Below are positions 13,996 through 29,201 of a stretch of 64,000 nt of DNA, one piece after another. Under the pieces are notes generated by a model. That model ran no database searches and had not been told where the DNA came from. It saw nothing but the letters and a program-made list of their open reading frames with translations. The DNA comes from Trichoplax sp. H2 (lineage: Eukaryota): positions 682,001 to 746,000 of the forward strand of contig NOWV01000002.1 in assembly GCA_003344405.1 (NCBI GenBank), given 5' to 3'. Within the stretch, counting starts at the first letter, position 1; each line of letters begins with the position of its first letter. The position numbers were made by a program, and so were the translations under genes.

Positions 13996-16900
13996 ATGAC
14001 CGAGCGGTCCAGATTGAATGTCACTGGGATTGATATGTGTAAGTTCATGTCTTTTTTTGATCTACGTAACTATAATACGATTTCCTCCAATATAGAACGA
14101 AAATTAATCTACCTGATGTTCCTAAAGTAATTTTTGAGCATCCAGCCAATGATCAATCGTAGCAGATAGTACTATTCAATTTATTAAACATTTTTCCTAC
14201 TCTATCCTACATTAATCCAAACAACGATGAATAAAATTTAATCAAGGTTCAAAAAGACAGCAGGACATGTTTGTAAATGTGGAATATGTTATCTAAGATG
14301 GAGTCAAACGGAATCACGCATTAATACATATTGCATAGGGTAGCACAGGAAGAGATTCGCAACTCTGTTATGCTAGATGTACGATTGCATATATTTGTTA
14401 GTATAACTACAGTAGGAATTTTTAGAGAAAATTCTTGAAAAGTCCTCGATTACAGTATACCTTTGTGAACACGTGAGTACAGTAGGTCTCTACGTACAGT
14501 CAGAGTATCTGAAAAACGGTCCAGAGAAGTCCCTGATAATACGGACCGCATAGCTTTGCAATATCTAAATTATTATTATGATACCGCTGAAAATTACACT
14601 ATCTTTGTGGTGAGACTTATCGTGAAAAATTTTTGCATCGACCGATCATCAATCGTAATAACTGATAAGTGTTGTTCAATTTTACTGCTTATACCGCAAT
14701 CTGGACCATGATGACAATTAACAATCCTCGCTTTATCAGGAATTTAACATTTTTTTCTAAAACATCTTACAAGTATTTTTTTAACAAACACGCGTATACC
14801 CCTTTATACTGCAACGCCATTCTACAGCATCATAAACGTATAGATAGATTGCTTGATGATAATCTAACACTTTTTTCTTTATTTTGTAGCTATGGTGGAC
14901 GATCGGAATGACGTTTCTTGTGACGAGGCACGTCGGGTGTTACGGCGCTTAGGTTAGTATCCATGTTTGAATTCTTATCATAGCAGGTAAAAAGATATTT
15001 TCATCACTTCTATTGTTCGTCTATAAACTTTACATGATTCTATTAATACGTTAGATAAGGATTAATTTAATTCACGTGAAATACGATCGACTTTGTAGCT
15101 ACTTCAAATACTCTATCAAAAAATAACACCTTTAGCTCATCGATTTTATTCTCGTGATACGTTATCAAATAGGAAGGTTTTACTCATCCTCTTCTTATCA
15201 TTATAGGAATTAATTTTACTTAATGCAGTATGCAATTATGGGATTCTCTTGTATTATTAATTCATTCCCATACATTCCTTGCCTTATCGATTACAAAGTT
15301 TCTCTTTACTTTTATAGAATTAGAAGCCTACTCGTCCATTACCAGTGCCTTGCGGGCACAAGGCGATTTGTGCAAGTATGTCGACGTTTGCTATAGAATG
15401 TAGAGAAAGATCTAGTAATCTTATTTTATTTGACTTACTCAGCATAAATACTGTACATGAAATATATTTTTTTCTTTTTCACGTTGTACTTACGATATTT
15501 ATAGGGAAAAAAAGCAATTACTCCAGGATATATGTTATCAGCTAGGGTAAATATGTACTGCCTAGGTTGTTAAACCTACGCATTAAAGGATTGATTTGTT
15601 TCAGTTTACCCTTGATAAAATTGTTTTTGTGATTATTTGGATAGAATTTCTACTGAAAGATATCGGGCTGAACTTCGTCGTGCTGCTAACGATGATATGT
15701 TAACAACTATCGCTAATAGGTTTGTTGGAAAATGGAATCTTTAGTTTTAGATATATCTGACTTTGAAAATAAGTTACCTGTTACTGATTTACTGTGGTAT
15801 TTATTTTTACTTGCATATTTAATGCTTAACATATTTTTAGATTATCTGGGTCAAACAGTTCCGAAGAATGGCTCTCTGAGGGCCGACGTCTCGCACCAGT
15901 TGTGCCTCGTCTTGTACCTCAAACCGTACTTTCTCCAATTGCTAATGCGGCTGCAACTACGTCTTTTATGATTGCTAGCGGTAGACCTCCTACTATCGAG
16001 TACGTAATTTTGTAGTAGCTGTAAAGGAGTTTATTTGTAATAAATTTTGACTAGATGGCGTAACTAATGCCATTGCATGTGCATACGTATGTTACTGTAT
16101 GCCTATAATTTGTTATTGCTTTTAGTGCTGTACTTTTATAGGATAAATTGCTGAAGAAATATTCAATGAAATTTATTGTCTTTGATATAACATTTTGTTT
16201 CGTAATAGAACCATTTCATTGACTAAAAGTGATAAGCAAGATTTAAATATTAATGGAGCGCATAACTCTATCGAACTACCATCATTTGCGGATAAACAAA
16301 GCAAAATTACTCCAAACGGTACCACTGATGAAAAGAATGATTCCACATCGAATCCTGCTGTTCGTGTAAAACGTAAGCGTCGTATGCCTATGAGTGACAG
16401 TAATAATCGTGATCGCTCCAAGCTGTCCAAATCGGCGTCCTTACATGCTTTAACTTCTAAGTTATCTAAACAAACTGCAGTGGTATCACCATCTAGCGAA
16501 ATCATAGCACAAATTATGAATCCTGTTACCAGTGAAGCAGTGACTGCAACTATTAACAAAAAATCAAATCGTAGTAATAGTATAACTTCTGCTTCTCAAT
16601 CTATATCACCTATTGAGACAAATAGAAAGAATTTGATGCCATCATCCAAAAAACAACGTTCAAATTTAACACCTGCTGCCTCAAGTATTGAAAATCGCCA
16701 TTCTTCTACTACTACTGTAACAACAACTACTACCACTGCGAGTAGTGCCTCACCTTCGTCATCACTGCAAGTTAATAAATCAACTTCAAAGCAAGTTAAT
16801 AAACATAGAAAATACCCGTCAAATATAAAAACATCTAAATCATTCTTTACCAATTCATCTGCTAGTCTCACGACGGCTTCCGCTAGCATAAAAACGACAG

Positions 16901-19900
16901 TATCATCGATTAGTGGTTCTACATCGACTAAAATTAAAGTTAAGCTTCCAAGACAACGATCAAAAGCTACCAAATCAAAAATTTCTTTAGTAGTACCTGC
17001 TATGATCAAACCTGATAAAGTTAAGTCAGCTACTACTGTAGCTTCTGGAGCCACAACCTCTTCTACTTCAGTATCCGTTGTCAATCGTACCGGTATATTA
17101 ACATCTACCTCATCAATACCAACTACTGCCGTCTCCGAGTCAAAAGGAATAAGTAACATTACCTCCTTATTAAGGACGACAGGTATTAATGCATCCTATC
17201 AATGGACTTTATGCGATACTATTCTCATAGAATTGCAGAGCATGTAATGGTGTTGTAAAACTAATTCATAGTTTATTAACAATATTGTTATAAGTTTAAG
17301 CCGGCTCCATATCAATTGTTAATTGTTTTACTTCATATTTGTTAAAGAAAACATTCGTGTAACGTCCTATAGCAGAAATATGTGTAAAAAATTTAAAAGT
17401 AAAAATCTAAAAATATCTATTTTTTGTAGCTAAGCAAAATCGCCTTGCAACAACAACTATCTCGACGTCATCTCCTTTTTGTTCAAATCCTACGCCAACT
17501 GAACAACATTCGACTAATTCTGTTGTTGCTACAATGGGTAGTCAAAATATAACTCATAGTGCATTGAATTCTACGCCTAGATTTACGGTTCCCATAGATA
17601 TTAGGGTATGACTTGTCAATCGATTACAAATTGCTATTATGAAGTTATACTTGATAATTAACACTACTTTAAAATTCTGAATCTATTATAGAATTTACAA
17701 GATCAAAGTAGGAAATTGACAGAAAGTCTAAATAAAACAATTTTAAGCACTTCGTTGCAACGTAACTCATCCAAGGCCACATCTAAATTGTTATCAGAGA
17801 TTAGCAAATCTAAAACAACTGGTCTCTCAGAAAATACGACACGTGGAATTTTAGATAGACAACAAAAACGGAGCGAAACGACTAACCAGGGTAATATAAC
17901 TCAGCCATTTGGAAAATCTGACAATAAGAATACGAAAAAACAGGTAAAATTTATACTGTAGAAGTTATTAGAAATACATATGGTAACTGTAATAGTCTAC
18001 TTGATTACACTCTAATTTAAAATAGGATGGGCAGAATACAATAGCTTCCCTTGCTATGCAATCTGGAGAACACGATGAGTCACAAGATCAGTCTCCCACA
18101 AAACCATCTTTGACGAATTTAACTAGTAAACTAGGATTAGAATTTTCGAAATCTGTAAACGCCCATATTGGTGGCTATGACGATGCTAAGAAGAATAATA
18201 ACACTAGTAATATAAAAACAGATAATAAAGAACTAGAGATTGATACTTGTCATCTGCGGAAAGAAAGCGCAATTGACAGTAGCACGCCAGTAGTCAACGT
18301 TACAAAGAGTACCGACGAAAACGTTGAGAATAGAGGAATAATATCAGTAAAAACTGTGGACTCCTCGAATGATGATATGATGGAAGAGAAAGCTTTCTCC
18401 CAAGTGGAAAGTAATGCTATAGATGAAACTATCGGCGAATCAAAGGATCATATTAATGAAAGAACTGCTAACTTACAAGAAGGTAGTAGTTATATGATTA
18501 ATTAAGTTATAATTACTTTCATGGAGGTACTGAGTTAATTTTATAAATTTTAGACATTATGGTAGCCACCGATGACCATGATTATTGTATAGATAGTTCT
18601 ACGCTATCCCATAAAGTTAGCGAAAAAGTGACTTGCTCCGATATCTCCTTGCAAAGTAGCTCAAATGCTAACGAGGCAGAATCTCCGAAGATGCAAACAG
18701 AAACTGATCGCATGGATTTCTTTGAAATGAGCACTAATGGAAGTGAAACATCAGGTCTAGTAGTAATCAATTGTATCGCAACATGCACATTTGATAGCGG
18801 AATAATAACAATATGTGTGTAAGATTGTATATAGAAATACTGATAAATCTATCTCATTTACTTATGCAGAATCTAATAATCAAATTGACAAAGGTACTAC
18901 AGTGGTAACTAGCGATGACTTAAAGGAAGATCGATCCTATAATTTAACTTCACATATTGATGATGGCGAAGCGGTCATGGACAATGGAACGGCTGACATG
19001 GTATCGGTGATAAGTACGGATGATAGGTCAAATCACAAGTGTGAATTATCAAATGTTTCTGGTGATGGCAATTCGATATCGATGACGGAAGCTATCGCTG
19101 GAGCTACTGCGGCTAAAGCTACTGATGAAAGTACTAACGTTAGACAAATTGACGTAACAAACGATTTCGAAATAGTTGTTGAAAAAATTGAAGTGGGCAG
19201 CGGTAAAATTCATCATGTTGCCCATGCAGAATCAAATATTAAGATGGAAAGCATGGAAAAAGCGACGACGTATACTGATCTTTTCGATACTATCAGTGAG
19301 GACTCTATGCCTGACAATAATTCAGAAGTTCCAATGTCAATCGATGTAACTGATACTGAAGTAGATGCCACCGATAGCTGTAATTATAACGAATCAGAGG
19401 CTACAACAAAACTAACTGGTAACTCTCAATCCCAGCGAGAAGTCGCAGATGTTACTGTAAGACCAGATTATGTCGAACGCGATAGTGTTAATGTAATTGT
19501 AGGTGCAAAATTTGATATGGAGAATCCGAATGAAGCGAAAGTCGAAGTAAAGGTAAAAGATGACGACACAGATATTATCCTAGAATCTAACACTGAAGTT
19601 GGCAATACCAGTTGGACTGAGATAAAAAATAATTACAATGAGGTAAGAGATAGTAGTCACCTCACGCCGAATGATAGTGAAGCAGATCCAGCTGTTATTC
19701 AAGGTACCGAAGCAGAATTAGCAGCCCAAGTAGATGATAGTGAAGGAGGTGAGGTGGTTACTGAAAACCTTACCAACGTTAGCAGCGAGTCACAGGCTGA
19801 GATAAATAGCGTTGGAATCCTAGAGATAGATGCAGACTTCAACAAAGGTACTAGCAGCGAAGTCTACACTGATATCGACATACATTTGGAAGGTAATCTG

Positions 19901-22900
19901 CTTAAAGAAAGTGTCCGAAATACTGATGTTATACCAATGGCTACCATAGATGCAAAAGAAGACAAAGTTTTAGATAACACTACAAATCTGGAAATTGAGT
20001 CTGGTGGAAAGGAAAATCTAATGACCAAAGTGAGTGCTAATTTGGTCGAAGCAAAGTTAGAAGATGATAACGCTGATAACGCAAAGTTTAAAGATGAAGC
20101 TACGGGTATTAAGCCAGATGACAGTAAATACTTGGACAAGAAAACCGTACAGATAGAGGATTCTAACGTCACCGAATGTAGCATTATGTCTTCCACATTA
20201 CGTGGAGACAATGATAATGTTAAACAAGCAGATATTGCAACTGAGAAGATAGACTCTGTCTCGTTCGAGACGCGAAATAGTGGATCAAGTCCCAAAATAG
20301 TTAGTGTTTCATCATATTCCAACTTTGATGAGTTACCCTTGAGAAGCGTTAGCACTGAAATAACTGCAGTCGATAGTTTTAAAAATACTAAATTTCGTGC
20401 TGAATTAAATATCCAAGAGGATGCAATGAGGACAGTGAATAATGCAAACTACAATGTACCACAAGTGGAGAAATCTAAGATTGAATCGAATTTAGGCAAT
20501 TTTACAGATGTCACCCGAGTGGTCAAACCTGAATCAAGGAATGAACTGGCTCAAAGAACTTACGTTGTTGAAAACTCGATTTCTGAAGAATCATTAAAAA
20601 AAGATACTGTCTCCGATGCAAACTCGACTTCTGTTTCTGATGTAATAAGTTTTATGGATTTTGGAATTAGTAATCGAAGAACTGAAACTACTAACATTGG
20701 TTCAAATACCAAAATATTTAATTCCAAAGAAGAGAACATGGATAGCAATGCTAGTTTGACAAATAGTATTACCATCAACTCTAGCTGTACAGCACTAAAT
20801 TACGATGAGACAAGACTAACCGCTGATAAGTCTGAGACTGCTAATTTAATTGCAGGTTCTGAGATAGGTAACAATGTTACAGGTAAGATCTTAAACTTGG
20901 GAACTGAAGTTGCTAGTCTTGTTGATAACAATCAAACGACTAGCGAAGTTAATTCCGGAAAAGAAGCTGAAAATACGAATGTTAAAGTCTGCGAATCAAA
21001 TAAATCTACATCGGAAAATCAATCCACGAATATTTTGAATGTTGTATCTCTCGATTCCTTTGCAAATGTTACGGACTTTGATCATGAAAATATAAGAAGC
21101 ACTAGCCCAAATACTGTCGATATAGATGCAAATGATGTATCGAACGATTTGCTGAGGAAATCTGAAACAATCGTACATACATTTAGTAATTCAGAAATTG
21201 AAATGGAGAACAATAATGAATCTTCCGATGTATCAATATATGCTAACGAGTTACCTCTCGATAATAAATTAGAGACAGTAGACGAAGTGCCAACTGAAAG
21301 TACGGACTCTGAAGATATCCTTACCAGTGATGACCAGTCGGCGATATCTGATTCGATGTACAATATCGCTGCAAACTCGAATCATCAAAGTATTGATAAT
21401 GGATCGTCTCAATTTAATAACAATCAAATTTATGGAAATTTTCGAAATACGTTATTCTCCGAAAATGAATTGATTAGAGTTGAAGAAACAAAAAACTTGA
21501 AAGATTTTCCTGATAATATAATGATCCGAGATATATCAACTGTAGCCAATAAAGTTTTACCTATAGATATTCTTGAAGATGATAAACGAAGTAAAGTCGA
21601 TAACTGTTCGCCTGGTACAAGCAACAACGATAATGGAAATGATTTGGATAGTTCAGATAAAGCGGATGTTGTAAAAGATTCTAGCAATGGTCATATGGAT
21701 ATTAATTCGAATGAAATCGCTGTTAATAAATCAAACCATGTCGATGATTTTAAAACAATCCTCAAAAGAAAGAAAAATTCGAAACGTAAAAGAAAAATTG
21801 AAATTTCAAATAAACGAAGCCTGAATTCATTAGGAGTAGAACAGAAGTGGATAAAAGCTGCTTTCAAGTAAAGAACTATTAAAAGGCTGATGAATTAATG
21901 TTATTTGGCGTAGATTCTGATGAAATTTTATTTTTGTAGTATACTCCACCGTATATGTAGATTTAAAGGTAGTGGAAGACCCAAAAAGACATATACTGCA
22001 GCGTCTTGGTTTTTAAAACCAGGTAAATTAAAGTCGCTATTATCTTGTTTATTCTTTTCTTTTCAACGTTATTTTGCAATTTTTCCGCCATAGTGGAAGA
22101 AAATCATGCCCCCGGATATTACGATGTTATCACAAATCCTATGGATTTCAGCACTATTAGAAAGAAGCTTGAGGTAATGCACTGGAATTTGTATTAGTAA
22201 TATTAATATTGGGATTGATTTAATTGATATTTTATGCTATCTAGAGTGGTGCTTACGGAAATTATAGAGATTTTAATGATGATATGGAGTTAATAAAGAC
22301 GAACTGTCATCTTTATAATCCGCCAGATCACGCTATTCGCAAAGTTAGTTAATAACACCATCATTATCGTATTGACTTGTCGTATTTATTGCAATATTCC
22401 GCCGAAATAATATAGCTACCCAGAGTTATAAGATTTTAGGGGATTAAATTTAAGTTTAATATCGGCTTTTATGTATCCTTCCAGGATTGCGACGAAGTTT
22501 TTGATTTTTACCATGGAGAATATAATAAACTGTTAGCAAATTATGAAAATGTAGGTTAAAGTTTGCGTGTACGTTGTATTCATTGTCTATACGAAATAAT
22601 AAAATGATTGATGCTGAGATGAATTGGTATAATAGGACAACGAAGCTGAAGATTTCCAAGATTCGAAAAAATTCAGAGCTACTTCTGAAGAAACGGTATC
22701 ATAGTAAAGTTTTATTGGTCTACAAAAGAAATGTTTCTGAGATATTGAGATGTATTCTTCAAAGCGACCGAAATCGTCTATTCAACGAAAAATTGATGTA
22801 TTGTGTATATAGTACTAATAATTGCCAATTCAAAGGTTTCGAAAGATAAATTTTCTGCTTTCTTGTATATTGTGTAATTACTTTGTATACATAGAACTTT

Positions 22901-23055
22901 GGTCATTGAAAGTTAGTCTTATGGCATGGGTAGTTAGTTCGTATATTCCGAATGAAATACTCATACCTGATGTTGCATTAATATGATTATTTTCAAATAA
23001 TATAGTTTTTTTGCAGTGTCAGAACAGCTATAAGAAAAGTTCATCAAATTTTTAG
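13996..23055 (+). CDS. EMSY: EMSY-like chromatin regulator: ENT domain, long low-complexity linker, C-terminal bromodomain (about 1950 aa, 17 exons)
   Basis: Exons 13996-14038, 14890-14952, 15318-15375, 15505-15546, 15645-15719, 15841-15999 give DEARRVLRRLELEAYSSITSALRAQGDLCKEKKQLL...ISTERYRAELRRAANDDMLTTIA...SSEEWLSEGRRLAPVVPRLVPQT, closely matching the EMSY ENT domain. Exons 16209-17182, 17430-17605, 17692-17943, 18026-18482, 18554-18754, 18870-21867 are phase-compatible. Exons 21940-22550 give SWFLKPVEENHAPGYYDVITNPMDFSTIRKKLE...DFNDDMELIKTNCHLYN (bromodomain). The last exon 23017-23055 is tentative. Confidence 0.88.
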
Positions 23056-24038
23056 GTGTCATACTGCTGGTCTATTTGCATCGATTATTGATTGACTCAT
23101 CAAGCGTGTTCCGAACAAAAAGGAAAATGTTAACGTTTTATATGTATGCAGTCTTATTTATTGTATTATATATTCAGTGCGATGTAACTTGTGCCATAGT
23201 TTGCTTTAATTTTTAACTTTATACGCGAACTAAAAAGTGAAGAATTTAAACATGGCAATAAAAGGAAAAGTAAATCTGGACAGTGGCTTGATATGTGCTG
23301 ATTTACGTTGAACGCCTTATAGCAAAATTTAGGCTAGTAGGTATTGCTCTATCTGAAATAGGTCAACATAGGTATACGCGTAGTATATAGTAAAAATATA
23401 AAGTTAATTAATACCGTATTATTCCTTGCTCAAAATTATCCTTTGCATTCGCTCTTATACGTATTGTCTAACACAGACCCTAATTGGTCATAATCATTCC
23501 ATAGATTATTCAAATGAAAATACACACTTGCGATCACAGTTAAAGTATAACATTTTATTGTGCTTGAAAATTGTATTGTAATCCAAGTCCATTAAATTTA
23601 TCCAATTTTACAGTGAAGGTATGAGCAACTTCGTAGACAACCGTAATACTGTACTATTTTAACCTTTTACTCCAGAATTTAAACAATTACCGGTACGTTA
23701 ACATGCAATCTTATGCAATCTTATAGTAAATAGATTATAATAATTCATATTAGTTTTCCTATTAGGATTAACGATTGTATACACCAGTTATTGTTATCTC
23801 TTTTATTGATTTACGTAAATTAATAAAACTGCATTTACAACCATACTAGTTTAGTAAATCACTCAAATATAAGCATCAAACGATTGTCGTACGAGTGTAT
23901 CCATACTGAAGTTATTCCTATTAACTAATAGTAAGAAGAAATAGAATAATTCAGTTGTCATTAGTATGAACGAATAAACCATATTCTATATCAAAGCCAT
24001 CTTTAAATCAGAACGGAATATAACTATACTTGGATATG

Positions 24039-27000
24039 CTATCGCCTCTTGAAATCGCACAATTTTCCTTGATATCCTGACCAACATCGGCAGTTAAACC
24101 CATTCCGTTGTGGCCGACAAGTACCATAAATGCACGGATGGTCTTTGCATTTGAGAGTAGCTATAATATTACGTTCAGTTCAATCAACAAAATAAAATAT
24201 TCTCCGTTTGTGAAAATGTAACAGTTAAGTCTTTACTGCACTATTATTGGTCCGGATTGCTTATAGAATTACAAAGTAGAAAAGCTTAGAAAGATGACTT
24301 ACGACATAAACCTTCCCGAATTTTAATATCATCTATCGCTAAGTCGCCTCGATATCCCTTACCTCTCACACCAAGAATTTGTAGCTAAAAGCAGTAAACT
24401 ATAATCTGTTAATATTTCTTCAAAAGACTCATTGATTTTGTAAAAAAAAACTTTGCTGACCAGATGACTACCGTATCCCAGCGAAAATTGGACCTTTCTC
24501 CAAATATTTTTCCTGTTCCGAGAATAATGCACTTTAACAGTTTGATGATCTTTGATAATTAAGCTACCAATCGTTTTCCCATTGGCATTATACCATAATG
24601 AAAAGCAGTAATTGCCAATAAGTTCGAAGGCATCGGTCATTAATATTGCAGTGTCATTTTGATTACGTCCGGATGCCTCGATATAAGCATAATATCCTAC
24701 AGTACACCACACGATTTCCATTTAAACTAGTTAATCTTGTATCACTGATAAAATATCGGACACTAATTTGCATAATGATGGCATATATATCACACTACGA
24801 GTCTTTTATCAGCAATAATCATAATCATTCAAATACCATAGTGCAATTTATAGACATACTTAATATTTCCTAAAATTAGCCTGATTATATCGATTGTACA
24901 ATTTACTTTCTATAGAAAATTTGCAGTGATAGCCTTATAAACTGCAAGTCTTCTTAGCTTTAAAGAAATACTAATATAATTCTTCTAAACTATAATTTAT
25001 CCGAATTCTCAAGACACAGTATTTCATAAAGATAATTTAATCCCTAGTGACATCATACGCGTATATGCAATATTTACTGTATCGTACTAAAATTTATACA
25101 TTTATGAGCATAACAACCTTTCTTTGTGTTCGAAGTATGATCAAATGTTGGCCCAGTTTTGACGGAACTTGTTTTTCCTCTGTGGCGAGTCCAGTTAAAG
25201 GTGGCATTAATAGAGTACTTCCAGCCACAAAAATCATACTGGAAAGTACAATTTATGTTGCTAATACCGGACTGAACAGCTAACAATGTAAAAAAGTACA
25301 GTAGAACAGTTAGTTAACAGTTCGTCAATTGGTAAAAGTCATATATGGCATTGCTAAGGTAAAAAGATCAATTATTAGTAAGATTGCAAATTAAGTTATC
25401 GGATTGTGTCATTGGGATGTCGATAAAAGTAGGACAGTAATCAAAGATAACACTATCATTTTTCTGCTAGTAAATCCGAGCCATCCCCTTTACTCTAGTT
25501 CGTTACATACATGGTAAACATTCAACTCCAACATCCTGCCGATGATAACAGTTGTGCTTTTCAAACCCATTATGTGAGCATTGGAATATATTTGATTCGT
25601 AGCCTCTGCAATTAAGTTCATCTATATAAATAGGCCCAGTTCCTGGGCCATATGATTGAATTCGGTGGGCTTCCATAAATCCAAGCTGTCGACAAATCAC
25701 TTTGGCATCTCGAATATCAAAATGATTATCACATAACGTTCCCCAAACATTGTTGTATTTGATTTCTATACGTCCGTAGAAGCTTCCACCATTAGCCAAG
25801 CGAATATCAGGATTTACTATTATCGTACGTATATCAAATAGTAAAGAGAATTTAAGGATAACTATTAGCCATATATCGCTAAGAAAGTCAGAGCTCATAG
25901 ACTATAGAAACAATTATACCAGCAAAGCAACTGATTCCCACGTCTTCGCTATGGCTACAATCATGTCTACCCAGCGCTTTATATGAACAATCCAGCAAGG
26001 AAGTTTCATTTCCCTGACAGAACACATTATCAAGCCAAATTGGACCTGTACCTGATCCAAATTCAGAAGCTGAATGTACAGCTTTAGCATTAGCGTAACC
26101 TAATTCACGGCATGCTACACCAGCTTCATCAACTTGAAAGAGATCATCACAAACTGTTCCCCATTGATTATTAGCGTAGATTTCAAGGCGACCAGTTTGT
26201 GTGTCATTGCTGCCGACTAATCGAATTTTTTTGCCTAAGAGCGAATAAAGTTAGATAAAGTTAATACTAATTATTCGAACATTTCGAAAGTATTTCTCTA
26301 ATATTTAGCTAAAATCAATGTGCGTTGCTATTATACAGCCTTACCAGATTGCCTCCTTGGGTTACATATTAATCCTACATCTTGAAAATGATCACAATCT
26401 GAACAGCTAAACGGTCTCATAGAGCATTCGATTAATGATCTTTCCGATCCGTTACAGCGTATATCATCAAGCCATATCGGTCCTCCACCCAAACCAAATC
26501 TTGCGCAACAAGCGTAGTCCAAAGCCCCAACGTAGCCGAGTTGCCTGCATGCCACATTAGCAGCCAATTCATCAAAATAATCGCTACAAACAGTTCCCCA
26601 CTCTCCGTTATTTAATATTTCTAAACGTCCTTCATAATGTGTCTTCCCATTTTGTAGTCGTAATTGGATCTCTATGATTGATTTGACCACAAAGATGGAA
26701 GGTACCGCACAATTGATTGTAAACGCATAATTGATGGATAGAAATAGTAAAAGCAATGACAGAAAATTAGCTACCCCACACATTTTAACGTATCCCAAAA
26801 TATGATCTCGAATACGAATAACGAAAATTAGCATGATTTTTCAAAATGTATCGGGAATGTTACGTGAAATGCATATGAATGATGAATTTACTGATAGGTA
26901 CATGAACGTATTCCTGAAATTGATGTTACAGTAGTAAGATATGTAGATAGAAGGTATCTCGAGAACTTGTGCACTTATATTTGCGTAATTGATAGTTATG

Positions 27001-27786
27001 TGTAGTGTACAGATAATGACAATTGTAGAATATTTTAAATTAAATTAAACTCAAATCAGTATATTAGGTAAAAATTTAGCATGACTGCCCTACCTGAAGC
27101 TGCTTGATTTCGATTAGTGGAGGTATCTTCTGGTCATTGAATTATACCCGTATTGTAAGAAAAAAAGGTGGAAACTGTATAAAATATATTACGATCTATC
27201 AGGTTTATGAGAATAATATTTTCTTTAAACTTACTAATACATATTATGCCAACATCTTCTTGATGGTTACAATTGTGTATAGACCAGCCATTATGAGAAC
27301 ACTCATGAAGAGAGGATTCATTGCCATGACAGACTAGATTGTCCATCCAAATTCTTCCATTGCCCTGACCAAAATAGCCACAGCATTTGAAACGTTCAGC
27401 CTGACTATATCCTAATTGTCTGCAAGCGATATGAGCAGCTACTATATCGAATTTATCATCACAAATGGTTCCCCATCGATTTTGATAAAAGATCTCCAAT
27501 CGGCCTTCGCTTAGATTACAACCATGAACTAAACGTATCGGAACTACAGTAGGTAACGCCAAAAATGTAATTAAGTGAGTATAAATTACTATTGGATATT
27601 AAGTGCCGTACTAACTGCAAAATAAGTAACAACTGTCGCAAGTAGTATCATGCTGAAAGTTTGATAAAGAATTATAGCTACCACAATTTCGTCATATGGT
27701 GAAAGTGATGCAATATTTGTACCTTCCGATAAAAAAGTACCGGTGAAAAAGCAAGATAAAAGATAGAAATATCCGAGAATAATCAT
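24039..27786 (-). CDS. Secreted scavenger-receptor cysteine-rich protein: signal peptide, 4 SRCR domains, MAM domain, EGF domain
   Basis: Signal exon 27741-27786 (MIILGYFYLLSCFFT, phase 1). SRCR exons at about 27235-27543, 26345-26670, 25919-26234 and 25512-25816 (GRLEI...WGTVCDD...C..LGY...GPIWLD). Linker mini-exon near 27093-27128. MAM exons at about 24305-25281 (CTFQYDFCGW...TGPTFDHT...GDLAIDDI). Terminal EGF CKDHPCIYGTC...CRCWSGYQGKLCD, then TAG at 24039. Confidence 0.88.
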
Positions 27787-29201
27787 TTTGCACAAATTTG
27801 GAATTAAATATTCTGTAATCTTGAAATTAGTTGGCAAGGTCTATATCGCGATATCAATTCGAAGATTTATGAAGGGAATAAATTTGCTGAAATTGCCTGG
27901 TCTTGCCTATCTTTTATACCTACACGCAATTATTTACGATTACCATTGGGTGGTGTTGGTGCAATGTTTTTCATATAAAGCGATTTCCAGTGGTAGATTT
28001 AAACCCTAGTATCAAGCCTTGCTCATCACTATAGTATACGATCCTTTCTAAAACAGAAGCAGTAAATATAATGAGGTGTTTATTTTCTGAAAATATTTGT
28101 GTAGGCTAATACCAATACTATGGTGTTATTATTTTGTTGCTTTAGGGTTAAATGCGTGAATAATGAGATACTGACATAATTTTATTCTGCACAGCGGATT
28201 CATCGAGAAATTGTTGTTCACCTTAAGAGAATAACTGCTGAACCCTTTGAAAAGAAGTTTCATTATTATCTAGACATCATCTTGAGAGTAATTCGTTGTT
28301 TCTTCCTACACACACGAAAGTTTACGCCATTTGTCATCAGAATTTCACTAGGTCTTTTACAAATTAACAAGAAAGCCGAGTTCAATCTGGCCATTGAGCA
28401 GATTTAAAATGTGTACTGAACATTGACAGGATTAAAACTTGAAAGCAGTAACCGATGGTGATCCGCACGTGCAATAATAGACGTTGCTCTTAAGATCATT
28501 GGTAGTAGCATAGACTACTAGATATACCATGGTAGTAGTCGCGACATTTCTACTGCTTGTTGCTGCCGTAGAGATAAAGCAAAATAAATACCAGACCTTA
28601 GTGTACTTTCATATACTCCTACATATATCGTAAATTTGCAATCATCATTATATTGTATATGACTACAAGCTAAATTAATGAATTGTCATCAAAGTTCAAC
28701 ATGCAGTTAATATCTTAAAATATCCATGCAGTCTTTTGCCTGTAGTAGTAAAGAGATATTGCTTGTTTGCTTAGCTTAATCTACCCCACTAGTTGAAGGA
28801 TGGTCACATAGTTCATATTGGCAGTTACGTGATCTATGAAATATTTTCATGTAGAAAGGTACCGTTATTGCATATAGTGTACGTGCAGTATATTAATTAA
28901 CGATTACTATCCACTCTTACTCGCCTGTAAAGATTTGACATTATAAATTGTACTAACAATCCTTGCTAGCCATTTTTGTCTATTTTGCGCAACGGTGATA
29001 TATAATAACGTTAATACTAAACATAACATCGTCATATCTTCTTCATTCTATACTATATTCAATCATAGCATAACAAAAAGGTCAATCTTTGTCGTTTGTA
29101 GCCAGCCACTTGTCTCAACATTCTATAACTAAGAGAAGAGAAATGATCAAATCTATCCCCATCCCCTTTATTCATACTGAAACTTGGCCAGATTAATATT
29201 T

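Noticed and set aside
16173..21687. Several minus-strand ORFs (e.g. 16596-17159, 19864-20355)
   Set aside because: Antisense shadows of the large low-complexity EMSY exons.
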